DNA from: Eledone cirrhosa
Lineage: Eukaryota
Length of the DNA stretch: 49,403 nucleotides
Assembly (NCBI GenBank): GCA_964016885.1
Contig: CAXHJY010001275.1
Location: forward strand, 1 to 49,403
Direction: 5' to 3'
The position numbers and the translations under genes were made by a program. The number at the start of each line of letters is the position of its first letter. Positions within the stretch are counted from its first letter, which is position 1. Shown one piece after another: positions 11,208-25,628 of the stretch. Under the pieces are notes generated by a model. It worked only from the letters and a program-made list of their open reading frames with translations, was not told the origin of the DNA and made no database searches.

Positions 11208-12211
11208 CAACATTATCAAACAACCGTAACATCAGACATTATCAAACAACCGTAACATCAACCAACATTATCAAACAACCGTAACATCAACCAACATTAT
11301 CAAACAACCGTAACATCAACCAACATTATCAAACAACCGTAACATCAATCAACATTATCAAAGAACCGTAACATCAACCAACATTATCAAAGAACCGTAA
11401 CATCAACCAACATTATCAAACAACCGTAACATCAACCAACATTATCAAACAACCGTAACATCAACCAACATTATCAAAGAACCGTAACATCAACCAACAT
11501 TATCAAACAACCGTAACATCAACCGGCATTATCAAACAACCGTAACATCAACCAACATTATCAAACAACCGTAACGTCAACCAGCATTATCAAAAAATCG
11601 TAACATCAACCAACATTATCAAATAACCGTAACATCAAACATTATCAAACAACCGTAACATCAACCAACATTATCAAACAACCGTAACATCAACCAACAT
11701 TATCAAACAACCGTAACATGAACCAACATTATCAAACAACCGTAACATGAACCAACATTATCAAACATCCGTAACATCAGACATTATCAAACAACCGTAA
11801 CATCAACCAACATTATCAAACAACCGTAACATCAACCAACATTATCAAACAACCGTAACATCAACCAGCATTATCAAACAACCGTAACATCAACCAACAT
11901 TATCAAACAACCGTAACATCAAACATTATCAAAGAACCGTAACATCAACCAACATTATCAAACAACCGTAACATCAACCAACAATATCAAACTACCGTAA
12001 CATCAACCAACATTATCAAACAACCGTATTATCAAACAACCGTAACATCAACCAACATTATCAAACAACCGTAACATCAACCAGCATTATCAAACAACCG
12101 TAACATGAACCAACATTATCAAACAACCGTAACATCAAACATTATCAAACAACCGTAACATCAACCAACAATATCAAACAACCGTAACATCAACCAACAA
12201 TATCAAACAAC
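11208..12211. repeat. Minisatellite, 29-bp unit AACATTATCAAACAACCGTAACATCAACC with 26-bp variants, about 35 copies
   Basis: Head-to-tail repeats with no unique spacers. Confidence 0.95.
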
Positions 12212-12704
12212 ATAAACAACATCTAATAACAGTGTCAAATAATCATAACACTGTCATACATCGAACAATATTAACTGTAACATAGACACACATACACACA
12301 CACATACACACATACATACACATACATACATACACACATACACACATACACTCATGCATACATACACACATACACACACATACACATACACATACATACA
12401 CATACACACATAGGCACTCATACACAGACATACACACACAGAATAAAGGAAAACAATAACACCAAGAAACAACAACAACAACAATAACAACAATAACAGT
12501 AATAACAACAATAACAATAACAATAACAACAATAGCAATAATAACAACAACACTATATATAACAAATTTTAATAACAACATTAACAACATGGCAAATAAC
12601 AACACGGGACTTATAATCAAACCATGTACTTCACGATAATCAGCGCCATCTATCCCAAATGACTGCTTGTTAAACAACACACAGGTGTCGGTTGGAATGG
12701 TGGG

Positions 12705-13560
12705 AGGTTGTTGTGGTGAAGTGGGGTGGTGGTGTAGTGTAATGACGTGATGGTGGTGGTGTAGTGTAGTGTAATGATATGATGGTTGCGGTGGTGAGGG
12801 TGAGTTGTTATGATAGTGGAGGTGTGGTGGTGGCGCAGTGTAATGCCATGATGGTGGTGGTGGTGGTAGTGGCATAATCATAGGATGGTGATGGTGGTGA
12901 GTTGGTGTGATAGAGGTTTGGTAGTGGTGGTGTAGTGTAATGACATGATGGGGGGGGGTAGTTGTATAACGATATGATTGTGGTGGTGGTGGTGGTGATG
13001 GTGAGTTGGTTTGATAGAGATTTGGTGGTGGCGTAGTGTAATGACATGATGGTGGTGGTGGTGATGGTGAGTTGGTGTGATAGTGGTGGTGGTGGTGGTA
13101 GTGGCATAAAGATATGATGGTGGTGGTGATGGTGAGTTGGTGTGATAGTGGTGGTGGTGTTGGTGGTGATGGTGATAGTGGTGGTTGTGATGGTGATAGT
13201 GGTGGTATTGGAGGCAGTGGCATAAAGATATGATGGTGGTGGTGGTGAGGGTGAGTTGCTGTGATAGTGGTGGTGGTGGTGGTGGTGGTGGTAGTGGTAT
13301 AATGATATGTTGGTGGTGGTGGTGAGGGTGAGTTGGTGTGATAGTGGTGGTGGTGGTAGTGGAATAATGTTATGATGGTGGTGGTGGTGGTGAGGGTGAG
13401 TTGGTGTAATAGTGGTGGTGGTGTAGTGTACTGACATGATGGTGGTGGTAATGGGGTATTGTAATGACATGATGATGGTGGTGGTGGTGAGTTGGTGTGA
13501 TAGTGGTTTGGTGGTGACGTACTGACGCCGTGGTGATGGTAGTGGTGTTAGCGTGTAGTT
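12705..13560. repeat. Degenerate (GGT)n-based compound minisatellite
   Basis: Recurrent 'gtgagttggtgtgatagtggtgg' and 'gtagtgtaatgacatgatgg' modules between GGT runs. Confidence 0.8.
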
Positions 13561-13571
13561 GGTGTTATACC

Positions 13572-16500
13572 GTTGTGTTGTGGTGCTGGTATAGAGGTAA
13601 TGGTGTGTTGTGGTGCTGGTATAGAGGTAATGTTGTGTTGTGGTGCTGGTATAGAGGTAATGGTGTGTTGTGGTGCTGGTATAGAAGTAATGTTGTGTTG
13701 TGGTGCTGGTATAGAGGTAATGTTGTGTTGTGGTGCTGGTATAGAGGTAATGGTGTGTTGTGGTGCTGGTATAGAGGTAATGGTGTGTTGTGGTGCTGGT
13801 ATAGAGGTAATGTTGTGTTATGGTGCTGATATAGAGGTAATGTTGTGTAGGTGCTGGTATAGAGCTAATGTTGTGTTGTGGTGCTGGTATAGAGGTAATG
13901 GTATGTTGTGGTGCTGGTATAGAGGTAATGGTGTGTTGTGGTGCTGGTATAGAAGTAATGTTGTGTTGTGGTGCTGGTATAGAGGTAATGTTGTGTTGTG
14001 GTACTGGTATAGAGGTAATGGTGTGTTGTGGTGCTGGTATAGAGGTAATGGTGTGTTGTGGTGCTGGTATAGAAGTAATGTTGTGTTGTGGTGCTGGTAT
14101 AGAGGTAATGTTGTGTTGTGGTTCTGGTATAGAGATAATGTTGTGCTGTGGTGCTGGTATAGAAGTAATGGTGTGTTGTGGTGCTGGTATAGAGGTAATG
14201 TTGTGTTGTGGTGCTGGTATAGAGGTAATGTTGTGTTGTGGTGATGGTATAGAGGTAATGTTGTGTTGTGCTGCTAGTATAGAGGTAATGTTGTGTTGTG
14301 GTTCTGGTATAGAGATTATGGTGTGTTATGTCGCTGGTATAGAGGTAGTGTTGTGTTGTGGTGCTGGTATAGAGGTAATGTTGTGTTGTGGTGCTGGTAT
14401 AGAGGTAATGTTGTGTTGTGGAGGTAATGTTGTGTTGTGGTGCTGGTATAGAGGTAATGTTGTGTTGTAGTGCTGGTATAGAGGTAATGTTGTGTTGTGG
14501 AGGTAATGTTGTGTTGTGGTGCTGGTATAGAGGTAATGTTGTGTTGTGGTGCTGGTATAGGGGTAATGGTGTGTTGTGGTGCTGGTATAGAGGTAATGTT
14601 GTGTTGTAGTGCTGGTATAGAGGTAATGTTGTGTTGTGGAGGTAATGTTGTGTTGTGGTGCTGGTATAGAGGTAATGTTGTGTTGTGGTGCTGGTATAGG
14701 GGTAATGCTGTGTTGTGGTTCTGGTATAGAGATAATGGTGTGTTGTGGTGCTGGTATAGATATAATGGTGTGTTGTGCTGGTATAGAGGTAATGGTGTGT
14801 TGTGGTGCTGGTATAGAGGTAATGGTGTGTTGTGGTGCTGGTATAGAGGTAATGGTGTGTTGTGGAGGTAATGTTGTGTTGTGGTGCTGGTATAGAGGTA
14901 ATGTTGTGTTGTGGTGCTGGTATAGGGGTAATGGTGTGTTGTGGTGCTGGTATAGAGGTAATGGTGTGTTGTGGTGCTGGTATAGAGGTAATGTTGTGTT
15001 GTGGTTCTGGTATAGAGGTAGTGTTGTGTTGTGGTGCAGGTATAGAGGTAGCGTTGTGTTGTGGTGCAGGAATAGACGTAATGTTGTGTTGTGGTGCTGG
15101 TATAGAGTTAATGTTGTGTTGTGGTGCTGGTATAGAGGTAATGGTGTGTTGTGGTGCTGGTATAGAGGTAATGTTGTGTTGTGGTGCTGGTATAGAGGTA
15201 GTGTTGTGTTGTGGTGCTGGTATAGAGGTAATGTTGTGTTGTGGTTCTGGTATAGAGGTAGTGTTGTGTTGTGGTGCAGGAATAGACGTAATGTTGTGTT
15301 GTGGTGCTGGTATAGAGGTAATGTTGTGTTGTGGTGCAGGAATAGACGTAATGTTGTGTTGTGGTGCTGGTATAGAGGTAATGTTGTGTTGTGGTACTAG
15401 TATAGAGGTAGCGTTGTGTTGTGGTGCTGGTATAGAGGTAATGTTGTGTTGTGGTGCTGGTATAGAGATAATGGTGTGTTGTGTCGCTGGTATAGAGGTA
15501 GTGTTGTGTTGTGGTGCAGGAATAGACGTAATGTTGTGTTGTGGTGCTGGTATAGAGTTAATGTTGTGTTGTGGTGCTGGTATAGAGGTAATGTTGTGTT
15601 GTGGTGCTAGTATAGAGGTAGCGTTGTGTTGTGGTGCTGATATAGAGGTAATGGTGTGTTGTGGTGCTGGTATAGAGATAATGGTGTGTTGTGGTGTTGG
15701 TATAGAGGTAATGTTGTGTTGTGGTGCTGGTATAGAGGTAATGGTGTGTTGTGGTGCTGGTATAGCAGTAATGTTGTGTTGTGGTACTGGAATAGCAGTA
15801 ATGCTGTGTTGTGGTGCTTGTATAGAGCTAATGGTGTGTTGTGGTGCTGGTATAGAGGTAATGTTGTGTTGTGGTGCTGGTATAGAGGTAATGCTGTTTT
15901 GTGGTTCTGGTATAGAGGTAATGGTGTGTTGTGGTGCTGGTATATAGGTAATGGTGTGTTGTGGTGCTGGTATAGAGGTAATGGTGTGTTGTGGTGCTGG
16001 TATAGAGGTAATGCTGTGTTGTGGTGCTGGTTTAGAGGTAATGGTGTGTTGCGGAGGTAATGTTGTGTTGTGGTGCTGGTATAGAGTTCATGTTGTGCTG
16101 TGGTGCTGGTATAGAGGTAATGTTGTGTTGTGGTGCTGGTATAGAGGTAATGGTGTGTTGTGGTGCTGGTATAGAGGTAATGTTGTGTTGTGGTGCTGGT
16201 ATAGAGGTAATGCTGTGTTGTGGTGCTGGTATAGAGGTAATGTTGTGTTGTGGTGCTAGTATAGAGGTAGCGTTGTGTTGTGGTGCTGGTATAGAGATAA
16301 TGGTGTGTTGTGGTGCTGGTATAGAGGTAATGCTGTGTTGTGGTGCTGGTATAGAGGTAATGGTGTGTTGTGGTGCTTGTATAGAGGTAATGGTGTGTTG
16401 TGTCGCTGGTATATAGGTAATGGTGTGGTGTGGTGCTGGTATAGAGGTAATGGTGTGTTGTGGTGCTGGTATAGAGGTAATGCTGTGTTGTGGTGCTGGT

Positions 16501-17900
16501 ATAGAGGTAATGCTGTGTTGTGGTACTAGTATAGAGGTAGCGTTGTGTTGTGGTGCTGGTATAGAGGTAATGTTGTGTTGTGGTGCTGGTATAGAGATAA
16601 TGGTGTGTTGTGTCGCTGGTATAGAGGTAGTGTTGTGTTGTGGTGCAGGAATAGACGTAATGTTGTGTTGTGGTGCTGGTATAGAGTTAATGTTGTGTTG
16701 TGGTGCTGGTATAGAGGTAATGTTGTGTTGTGGTGCTAGTATAGAGGTAGCGTTGTGTTGTGGTGCTGATATAGAGGTAATGGTGTGTTGTGGTGCTGGT
16801 ATAGAGATAATGGTGTGTTGTGGTGTTGGTATAGAGGTAATGTTGTGTTGTGGTGCTGGTATAGAGGTAATGGTGTGTTGTGGTGCTGGTATAGCAGTAA
16901 TGTTGTGTTGTGGTACTGGAATAGCAGTAATGCTGTGTTGTGGTGCTTGTATAGAGCTAATGGTGTGTTGTGGTGCTGGTATAGAGGTAATGTTGTGTTG
17001 TGGTGCTGGCATAGAGGTAATGCTGTTTTGTGGTTCTGGTATAGAGGTAATGGTGTGTTGTGGTGCTGGTATATAGGTAATGGTGTGTTGTGGTGCTGGT
17101 ATAGAGGTAATGGTGTGTTGTGGTGCTGGTATAGAGGTAATGCTGTGTTGTGGTGCTGGTTTAGAGGTAATGGTGTGTTGCGGAGGTAATGTTGTGTTGT
17201 GGTGCTGGTATAGAGTTCATGTTGTGCTGTGGTGCTGGTATAGAGGTAATGTTATGTTGTGGTGCTGGTATATAGGTAATGGTGTGTTGTGGTGCTGGTA
17301 TAGAGGTAATGTTGTGTTGTGGTGCTGGTATAGAGGTAATGGTGTGTTGTGGTGCTGGTATAGAGGTAATGTTGTGTTGTGGTGCTGGTATAGAGGTAAT
17401 GTTGTGTTGTGGTGCTAGTATAGAGGTAGCGTTGTGTTGTGGTGCTGGTATAGAGATAATGGTGTGTTGTGGTGCTGGTATAAAGGTAATGCTGTGTTGT
17501 GGTGCTGGTATAGAGGTAATGGTGTGTTGTGGTGCTTGTATAGAGGTAATGGTGTGTTGTGTCGCTGGTATATAGGTAATGGTGTGGTGTGGTGCTGGTA
17601 TAGAGGTAATGGTGTGTTGTGGTGCTGGTATAGAGGTAATGCTGTGTTGTGGTGCTGGTATAGAGGTAATGCTGTGTTGTGGTGCTGGTTTAGAGGTAAT
17701 GGTGTGTTGCGGAGGTAATGTTGTGTTGTGGTGCTGGTATAGAGTTCATGTTGTGCTGTGGTGCTGGTATAGATGTAATTGTGTGTTGTGGAGGTAACGT
17801 TGTGTTGTCATGCTGGTATAGAGGTAATGGTGTGTTGTGGTGCTGGTATAGAGGTAATGTGTTGTGGTGCTGGTATAGAGGTAATGTTGTGTCGTGGTGC
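13572..17900. repeat. Minisatellite, 30-bp unit TGTTGTGTTGTGGTGCTGGTATAGAGGTAA, ~4.3 kb, with a 1129-bp higher-order duplication
   Basis: Tandem array; variant ORF pairs offset by 1129 bp (15416/16545, 15656/16785, 15951/17080). Confidence 0.95.
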
Positions 17901-18579
17901 TGGTGGTTTGGTGGTTTAGTACTGTAGTAGTGGTGGTGGTGGTCTGTTGTGGTGGCGTAGTTGTAGTGGTGGAGCTGTTATAATGTGGTGGTAGTTTGTT
18001 GGAGTAGTGGAGTATGGAAATGCATATTGTGAGTAGTATGTGTGTATGTGTTTATATGTGCATGTGTGTATGTGTGTGTGTGTTCATATGTGTTTGCGTG
18101 TATGTGTGCATGTGTTTATATGTGTTTGCGTGTATGTGTGTATGTGTGTGTTTCTCTTTACGCGTATACGTGTGTGAGTCTATATATGTATGCGTGTATT
18201 TGTGGAGTGTGCGTGTGTATGTGTATGTATGTGCATGTGTATTGTGTGTGTGCATGTGTATGTGATTGTTTGTTTGTGTGTATGTGTGTGTATGTATATG
18301 TGTGTGTGTATGTGATTGTTTGTGTGTGAGTGTGTATGTGCGTGTGTATGAGTGTGAGCATGTATGTGTAAGAGTACTGTGTGTGTGATTGGTTGTGTGT
18401 ATGTGTATGTGCGTGTGTGTATGTGTGTGTGTGTATGTGTATGTGTGTGTATGTGTGTATGTGTATGTATGTGTGTGTATGTGACGTGTGTGTGTGTTTA
18501 CACCTTTCTAAAACGATTCGTCTTTAATTAATAACCAAACTGGGAATTTTGATTTGAATATTATTGTTGACTGTTGGGG

Positions 18580-19250
18580 ATATGGTAGTAATAGTGACAG
18601 TAATAGTGGCGGTGGTGGTGGTGGTGGTGATAGCAGTAGTGGTGGTGGTGGTGGTGATAGTAGTGGTGGTGGTGGTGGTGGTGGTGGTGTCGGTGATGGT
18701 GGTAACAGTAGTGGTGGTGGTGGTGGTGGTGGTGGCGGCGGCGGTGGTGATGGTGATAGTAGTGGTGGTGTCGGTGATGGTGGTGGTGGTAATAGTAGTG
18801 GTGGTGGTGGTGGTGGTTGTGGTGGTTCGGCGGTGATGGTGATGGTGATAGTAGTGGTGGTGGTGGTGGTGGTGTCGGTGATGGTGGTAACAGTAGTGGT
18901 GGTGGTGGTGGTGGTGGTGGCGGCGGCGGTGGTGATGGTGATAGTAGTGGTGGTGTCGGTGATGGTGGTGGTGGTAATAGTAGTGGTGGTGGTGGTGGTG
19001 GTTGTGGTGGTGGCGGCGGTGGTGGTGGTGGTGATAGTAGTGGTGGTGGTGGCGGTGGTGGTGGTGGTGGTGATAGTAGTGGTGGTTTTGGTGGTGGTGG
19101 TGGTGTCGGTGATGGTGGTGGTGGTGATAGTAGTGGTGTTAGTGGAGGATATTGTTGGTGATAGTAGTGATAGTAGTGGTGGTGTTGGTGGTAGTAGTGG
19201 CGGTAGTGGGGTGGTGATATTAGTGGCGGTAGTGGTGGCGGGGATATAAC
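18580..19250. repeat. (GGT)n/(AGT)n compound trinucleotide repeat with internal block duplication
   Basis: Direct inspection; similar tracts at 9300-9600, 28040-28400 and 33470-33780. Confidence 0.85.
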
Positions 19251-19746
19251 ACAGACGGTGATGATGGCGGTGTAGCGGTGTTAGTGGTGTTGGTGACGGT
19301 GGTAGTGATATAATACATAGATGGTAGTAATGGTATAGATGTTGGTTGTTGTTCAGTAGTAGTGACAGTGATGACAACAGTAAAGTGGTTTAGGTGTTAA
19401 ACACTTGTGTTTGGTACTACAACAGCAGCAGTAGTAGCAGCAGTAGCCGACATATTTACAACTTGATTTCTCCCTTGATATTACCATTTACATGCTTCAA
19501 TTATTTATTTATTCATTTATTTATTTATTTATTTGTTTATTTATATATTTGTTTGTTTATTTATTTATTTGTTTATTCTACCAATCAGTCGATTTAACAA
19601 CACTTCCCCACACACCTACCCTTGCCACATATACTTCCAAGCTTACATATATATCACTCTCCACTATCTCTGCTTCTTTGCCTCCTATCTCTCACCCTCT
19701 CTCTGTCTCCCTTCTATTTTAAAAATGACCCCCCCCCCCACCTTAA

Positions 19747-19955
19747 CCCTTTAGCATTTACCTTACTTTAAATATACTATTGTATTTTTTGTGGTAAAGC
19801 CGTTATATCACATAATATCGAATCTACGAGAATTTGATATAATTTATTTTGAGAACAATACCTTAACATCAATATGAGCGGTCGGTTATAGCCGTTTTAA
19901 ACAGAAAGAGGTGAGAGAATTCTGGCCGGATATAGCTGGATTAAATGCTAAAGGG
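19747..19955. mobile_element. piggyBac-type MITE
   Basis: TTAA|CCCTTTAGCATTTA ... TAAATGCTAAAGGG|ATAA: 14-bp TIR with a TTAA-like TSD; second copy at 46496-46693. Confidence 0.8.
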
Positions 19956-20223
19956 ATAAAACGGTTTAACATACGAAACTATTAAACTATTACGTGCATG
20001 AAAAATAAACAAAAAATGGATTCCAGAACAAACGATAGTACTTGAAATACTGTTTTTACTATTTTACTTGGTTCAATCATTAGAATGCGGCCAAGCTGTA
20101 GCCTCACCTAGGTTTAGTCGATCATGTCGACTCCTGAACTTATTTTTTCACGTCTGGTACTTATTCATTCACTTTATTGTCGAACTATTAAATTACAGGA
20201 CGTAAACGTAAACACATACACAG

Positions 20224-20288
<65 letters not shown>

Positions 20289-20589
20289 AAGACAGAGACA
20301 GAGACAGAGACAGAGCATGTTGTTTACTCAGTAATCCAAATCTGAGTGCCCCGGAGAAGGGAATATTTTTGAATCCACACGACTGATGAGGTTGACAGTA
20401 GAGTTAGGTCTATCACATCGATATAGACCTTGAACCAATCATCTGTGAAACATATGTAACCTTCGATATGAAATAAAAACACTTCAAAGTGAAACTTCGT
20501 TATATTTTACATAATATATATAGATATATGACAGGCTTCTGCAATTTCCATCTACCAAATTCCAGCACTCACAGGGCATTGGTCAATTA

Positions 20590-20805
20590 ATGTTTCCACT
20601 TTAGGCACAAGGCCAGCAATTTTTGGGAAGGGGAAAGTCAATTAAATCGACCCCAGTGCTCCAGTGCATGACGGGTGCTTTATTTTATCGACCCTGAAAG
20701 GATGAAAAGCAAAGCTAATATCGGCGGGATTTGAACTCAGAACGTAAAGGACCGTAACTCTATGCCACGAACCATGGTGCCCGACGCTCTACCGATACTA
20801 CAATT
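20590..20805 (-). mobile_element. tRNA-derived SINE, longer subfamily with a ggggtcgatttaat segment
   Basis: Family core and B box. Confidence 0.8.
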
Positions 20806-20989
20806 CTCCGTCGGTTATAATAGAAGACGTGTTAGGTGCCGTGCAGCAGCGCTGAACTGAGATCATCACGTAGTTGTGAAGCGAACTCCTTAACCACGCA
20901 GCTATTGTCAAATTGATAAAATCTTAAAAACGCATTGGACAACAGTGAAAAAGAGGGAATAGCAAGTTTGACGATAGAATTGACAAATA

Positions 20990-21505
20990 TTGGTTTTTGA
21001 TTTAGGCACAAGGCCAACAATTTTGGGGGTGGGGAAAGTCGATTAACTCGGCCCCAGTGCGTTACTGGTTCTTTATTTTATCGACCCCGTAAGGATGAAA
21101 GGCAAAGCTAATCTCGGCAAGATTTGAGCTCAGATCGTATGGGGCCGTAACTCTATGCTATAAAGCAGGCATGGGCAACATTTTTCGAGAATCGGGCCGC
21201 ATGAGGCATGGCTCATCAGCAGACGGGCTGCAAGCACTAATTTACATTCGTGCCCACATTACAAAAAAGGGTGGTAACTCAGGTTGTTTTGATTTGTTTC
21301 TTCTGAATTCATACACGTTGTTTTCCTCGATCGAAAAAATGATAGAAAGATAAATTACGACTGAAAAGTTGGGGTAAAAAAATCAGAAAGATTTCACTTA
21401 GGTGACTTAGGCGAGCCATTCAGAAAGATTCGCGGACTGCAGGTTGCCCATGACTGCTATAAAGCATGTTGTCCGACGCGCTACTGATACTGTCAATCCA
21501 ACGCC
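20990..21505 (-). mobile_element. tRNA-derived SINE interrupted by a hAT MITE
   Basis: SINE sequence stops at 21165 and resumes at 21465 (catgttgtccgacgcgctactgatactgtcaatcca). Confidence 0.8.
21166..21456. mobile_element. hAT-type (Charlie-like) MITE, 291 bp
   Basis: TIRs CAGGCATGGGCAAC / GTTGCCCATGACTG (13/14 match); perfect 8-bp TSD CTATAAAG at 21158-21165 and 21457-21464. Confidence 0.9.
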
Positions 21506-21818
21506 CTAGAATTAACAAATATTAACGATCGGAACTGATAAGTGACATATGAGGTGAACAGTAAGAGATGACTTTACTTAATAGTGAGTAAGTAATGGCT
21601 GATTTGAATGATTGATTAATGCTGTAATAGTTACTAATTTTATCGATTTTGGAAAGAGGAAACGCGAAGTGGACCTAGACAGGGGTGGGATTTGACCGTA
21701 AATGCGTATAAACATCACAAATTATTTTGCTCCTCGCTCCACTGATTTGCTACCTACTATAATACGCATCATGTTTCTGTAACTATTTTTATTTATTTTC
21801 TGAACGTAACATTTACAG

Positions 21819-21949
<131 letters not shown>

Positions 21950-22268
21950 TCTTCCTCCTTATCTATCTATCTATCTATCTATTTATCTGTCTATCTATCT
22001 CTCTCGCTATTTCTTATATTTTCATCTCACCCTCTTTTTCAATCTTACGATTTTACTAATTCTCACTTCCTGTCCCTCATAGACGCCCCGTTATGTTGTT
22101 TATGGGGATTCCGGTTAGTAAAATATGATGTGCTAAATCAAAGCACTTGGCGTTATGCAAATCATCCATCGTAGATATGATATCCCGTGGCTAGTGCAGG
22201 AACGGGGTTAAATATTAATTAAAAACAACAGATGTCCGGACTGGAAACTTTCTTTAGAATTTTAATTT

Positions 22269-22680
22269 CGCGAAAACACTATACATATTTCAATGGCCCA
22301 GTTTCATAATCCGATCATGATGTAAGACTTAGGCGATTTCGTCAGGTGTTGATTGCAGAATTTGCCATTACAATAACACCGAATTGGCAAGCCATCACCG
22401 AACCAAATCTATCTTCTAATTTCTATTCTCCTTTTGTGTTCGGCGTAATCCTGTTATCTTATATAACTAATTCTGCAATCAACACCTGACGAAATCACCT
22501 AAGTCTTACATCATGATCGGATGATGAAACTGGACCATTGAAATATGTATAGTGTTTTCGCGGAACATATCATGTATCCCTATTTTATCTGATGAAAACG
22601 CAAATATCATCCCATGATGATATTTGTTTTTGAAATGCGCATAATAAAATACTTGGAACTCTTTTAACCATCTTTTGATC
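22269..22680 (+). mobile_element. Fold-back non-coding element with 94-bp inverted arms (22269-22362 / 22469-22562) and two HHR motifs, ending at (TA)n
   Basis: Arms nearly identical; CTGACGA...GAAA at 22486-22529 and a canonical HHR at 22581-22651. Confidence 0.65.
22581..22651 (+). ncRNA. Type I hammerhead ribozyme, canonical core
   Basis: Stem I UAUUUUAU/AUAAAAUA (8 bp perfect), CUGAUGA 22589-95, 16-bp stem II (one mismatch) with loop CCAU, GAAA 22632-35, palindromic stem III A-UGCGCA-U, AUA triplet with cleavage after 22643. Confidence 0.85.
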
Positions 22681-22756
22681 TTATATTATATATATATATA
22701 TATAAACGGAAAAAATGAAACGAAATTTCATTTCTCACTCTTAGTAAGGCTGTTAC

Positions 22757-23705
<949 letters not shown>

Positions 23706-23741
23706 ATATATATATGTGTATATATATGTATATATATGTAT

Positions 23742-23829
<88 letters not shown>

Positions 23830-23858
23830 ACATGTATACATATTTATATATACATACA

Positions 23859-23919
<61 letters not shown>

Positions 23920-23921
<2 letters not shown>

Positions 23922-24085
23922 TAGTCTGCAGTGCTGAGACCGGGGAGACAACTAATGATGGGAGTATTCAATGCATTGGGAGATGCAGAGTGCGTATAGA
24001 GATATGTAAAATCCCGACCGCAGCACCAAGCTGAACACACAAGACGAAACCGCTTGGCATCGCGGTCGGGATTTACAGATCTCTC
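23920..24085 (+). repeat. Dispersed repeat with a strong hairpin around a degenerate HHR-like core; related copy at 44017-44122 (-)
   Basis: aaatcccgaccgc/gcggtcgggattt and ccaag/cttgg stems enclose CTGAACA...GAAAC. Confidence 0.5.
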
Positions 24086-24117
24086 TCTCTCTCTATATAT
24101 ATATAATTAACTATCTA

Positions 24118-24200
<83 letters not shown>

Positions 24201-24215
24201 CTATCTACCTATATA

Positions 24216-24266
<51 letters not shown>

Positions 24267-24754
24267 CTTTCTTTCTTTCTGTTTACTTTTTCACTTCTCC
24301 CATTCCCTCACTATTGCCCTCAGCACCACCGCCACCCTCACCTCAGCCCACCCTCTCCTATCTTACTGATTCTTCCCACCACTCCCCGATGTAACCTTTA
24401 TGCTACTTCCCTTCTCTTATCTGAACAACCCCCTCTCTATCATTCCATCTATCACACTTGATGAGACTTGTTAACAATTCTTTCCTCCCACCGCCATTCT
24501 TGCCAACACCTACAATATCCTTGACACACTCCCATTATCTCACTACCCGCCTCATTCTGTGTGTGTGTGTGTGTGTGTGTGTGTCTGTGTGTGTCTGTGT
24601 GTGCGTGTGTGTCTGTGTGTGTAGAAAGTGTGAGAGAGAGAGATGAGAGAGAGAGAGATGAGAGAAAGAGAGACTGAAAGATAACATATTTGTATATATA
24701 CGTTATACATACTTATAATATATATATACATAAATACATAATACATATATATAC

Positions 24755-24801
<47 letters not shown>

Positions 24802-24921
24802 GTACATACATACATAATTGTATATATATATATATATATTAATATATATATATATATAGTATATATATATGTGTGTGTATTTCTGTATGTACATACGTAT
24901 ATATATATGTATGTTTGTGAA

Positions 24922-25005
<84 letters not shown>

Positions 25006-25056
25006 AATATATATTTATATATATAATTATATATATATATATAATATAGTAGTGAT

Positions 25057-25088
<32 letters not shown>

Positions 25089-25197
25089 CATATATATATA
25101 TTCATACATACATATATATTTATATATATAATTGTATATATATATAATATAGTAGTGATTATATATATATATATAATGTATATATATACATGCATAG

Positions 25198-25263
<66 letters not shown>

Positions 25264-25565
25264 CTGTCTATATCTCCTCCCGTTTATCTATCTCTCATTG
25301 TATTCTCTTCTCTCTTTTCTCCCCCACACACTTATCATCTACTACGATATTAATCCCGTTATTCTTATATTCACTCAATCTGCTATTCTCTTCCACCTTT
25401 ATTCTATCTAACATTTTAATCTAATCCACATTTACTTCATATTTACTTCGTCGGATTTGCTTCTGTTTATTTGCCTTAGTTATATTCTGTTTTGTCTTCT
25501 TTCCTTTTTATTTTATATTTTCTTATCTGTAACTCTCTTTTCCTATTTCACAGCCTGTACTCTCA

Positions 25566-25628
<63 letters not shown>

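Noticed and set aside
11208-12211. CRISPR array (29-bp repeats)
   Set aside because: No unique spacers, no cas genes, eukaryotic context
13530-17927. Cys/Trp-rich or mucin-like repeat proteins
   Set aside because: Frames are open only because the unit is 30 bp; frequent frameshifting short units and stops; no splice or unique coding context
18508-19377. Gly-, Pro-, Thr- or Val-rich ORFs (also at 9243-9623, 12243-13470, 27980-28426, 33415-33923)
   Set aside because: Translations of (GGT)n/(ACT)n trinucleotide repeats in several frames
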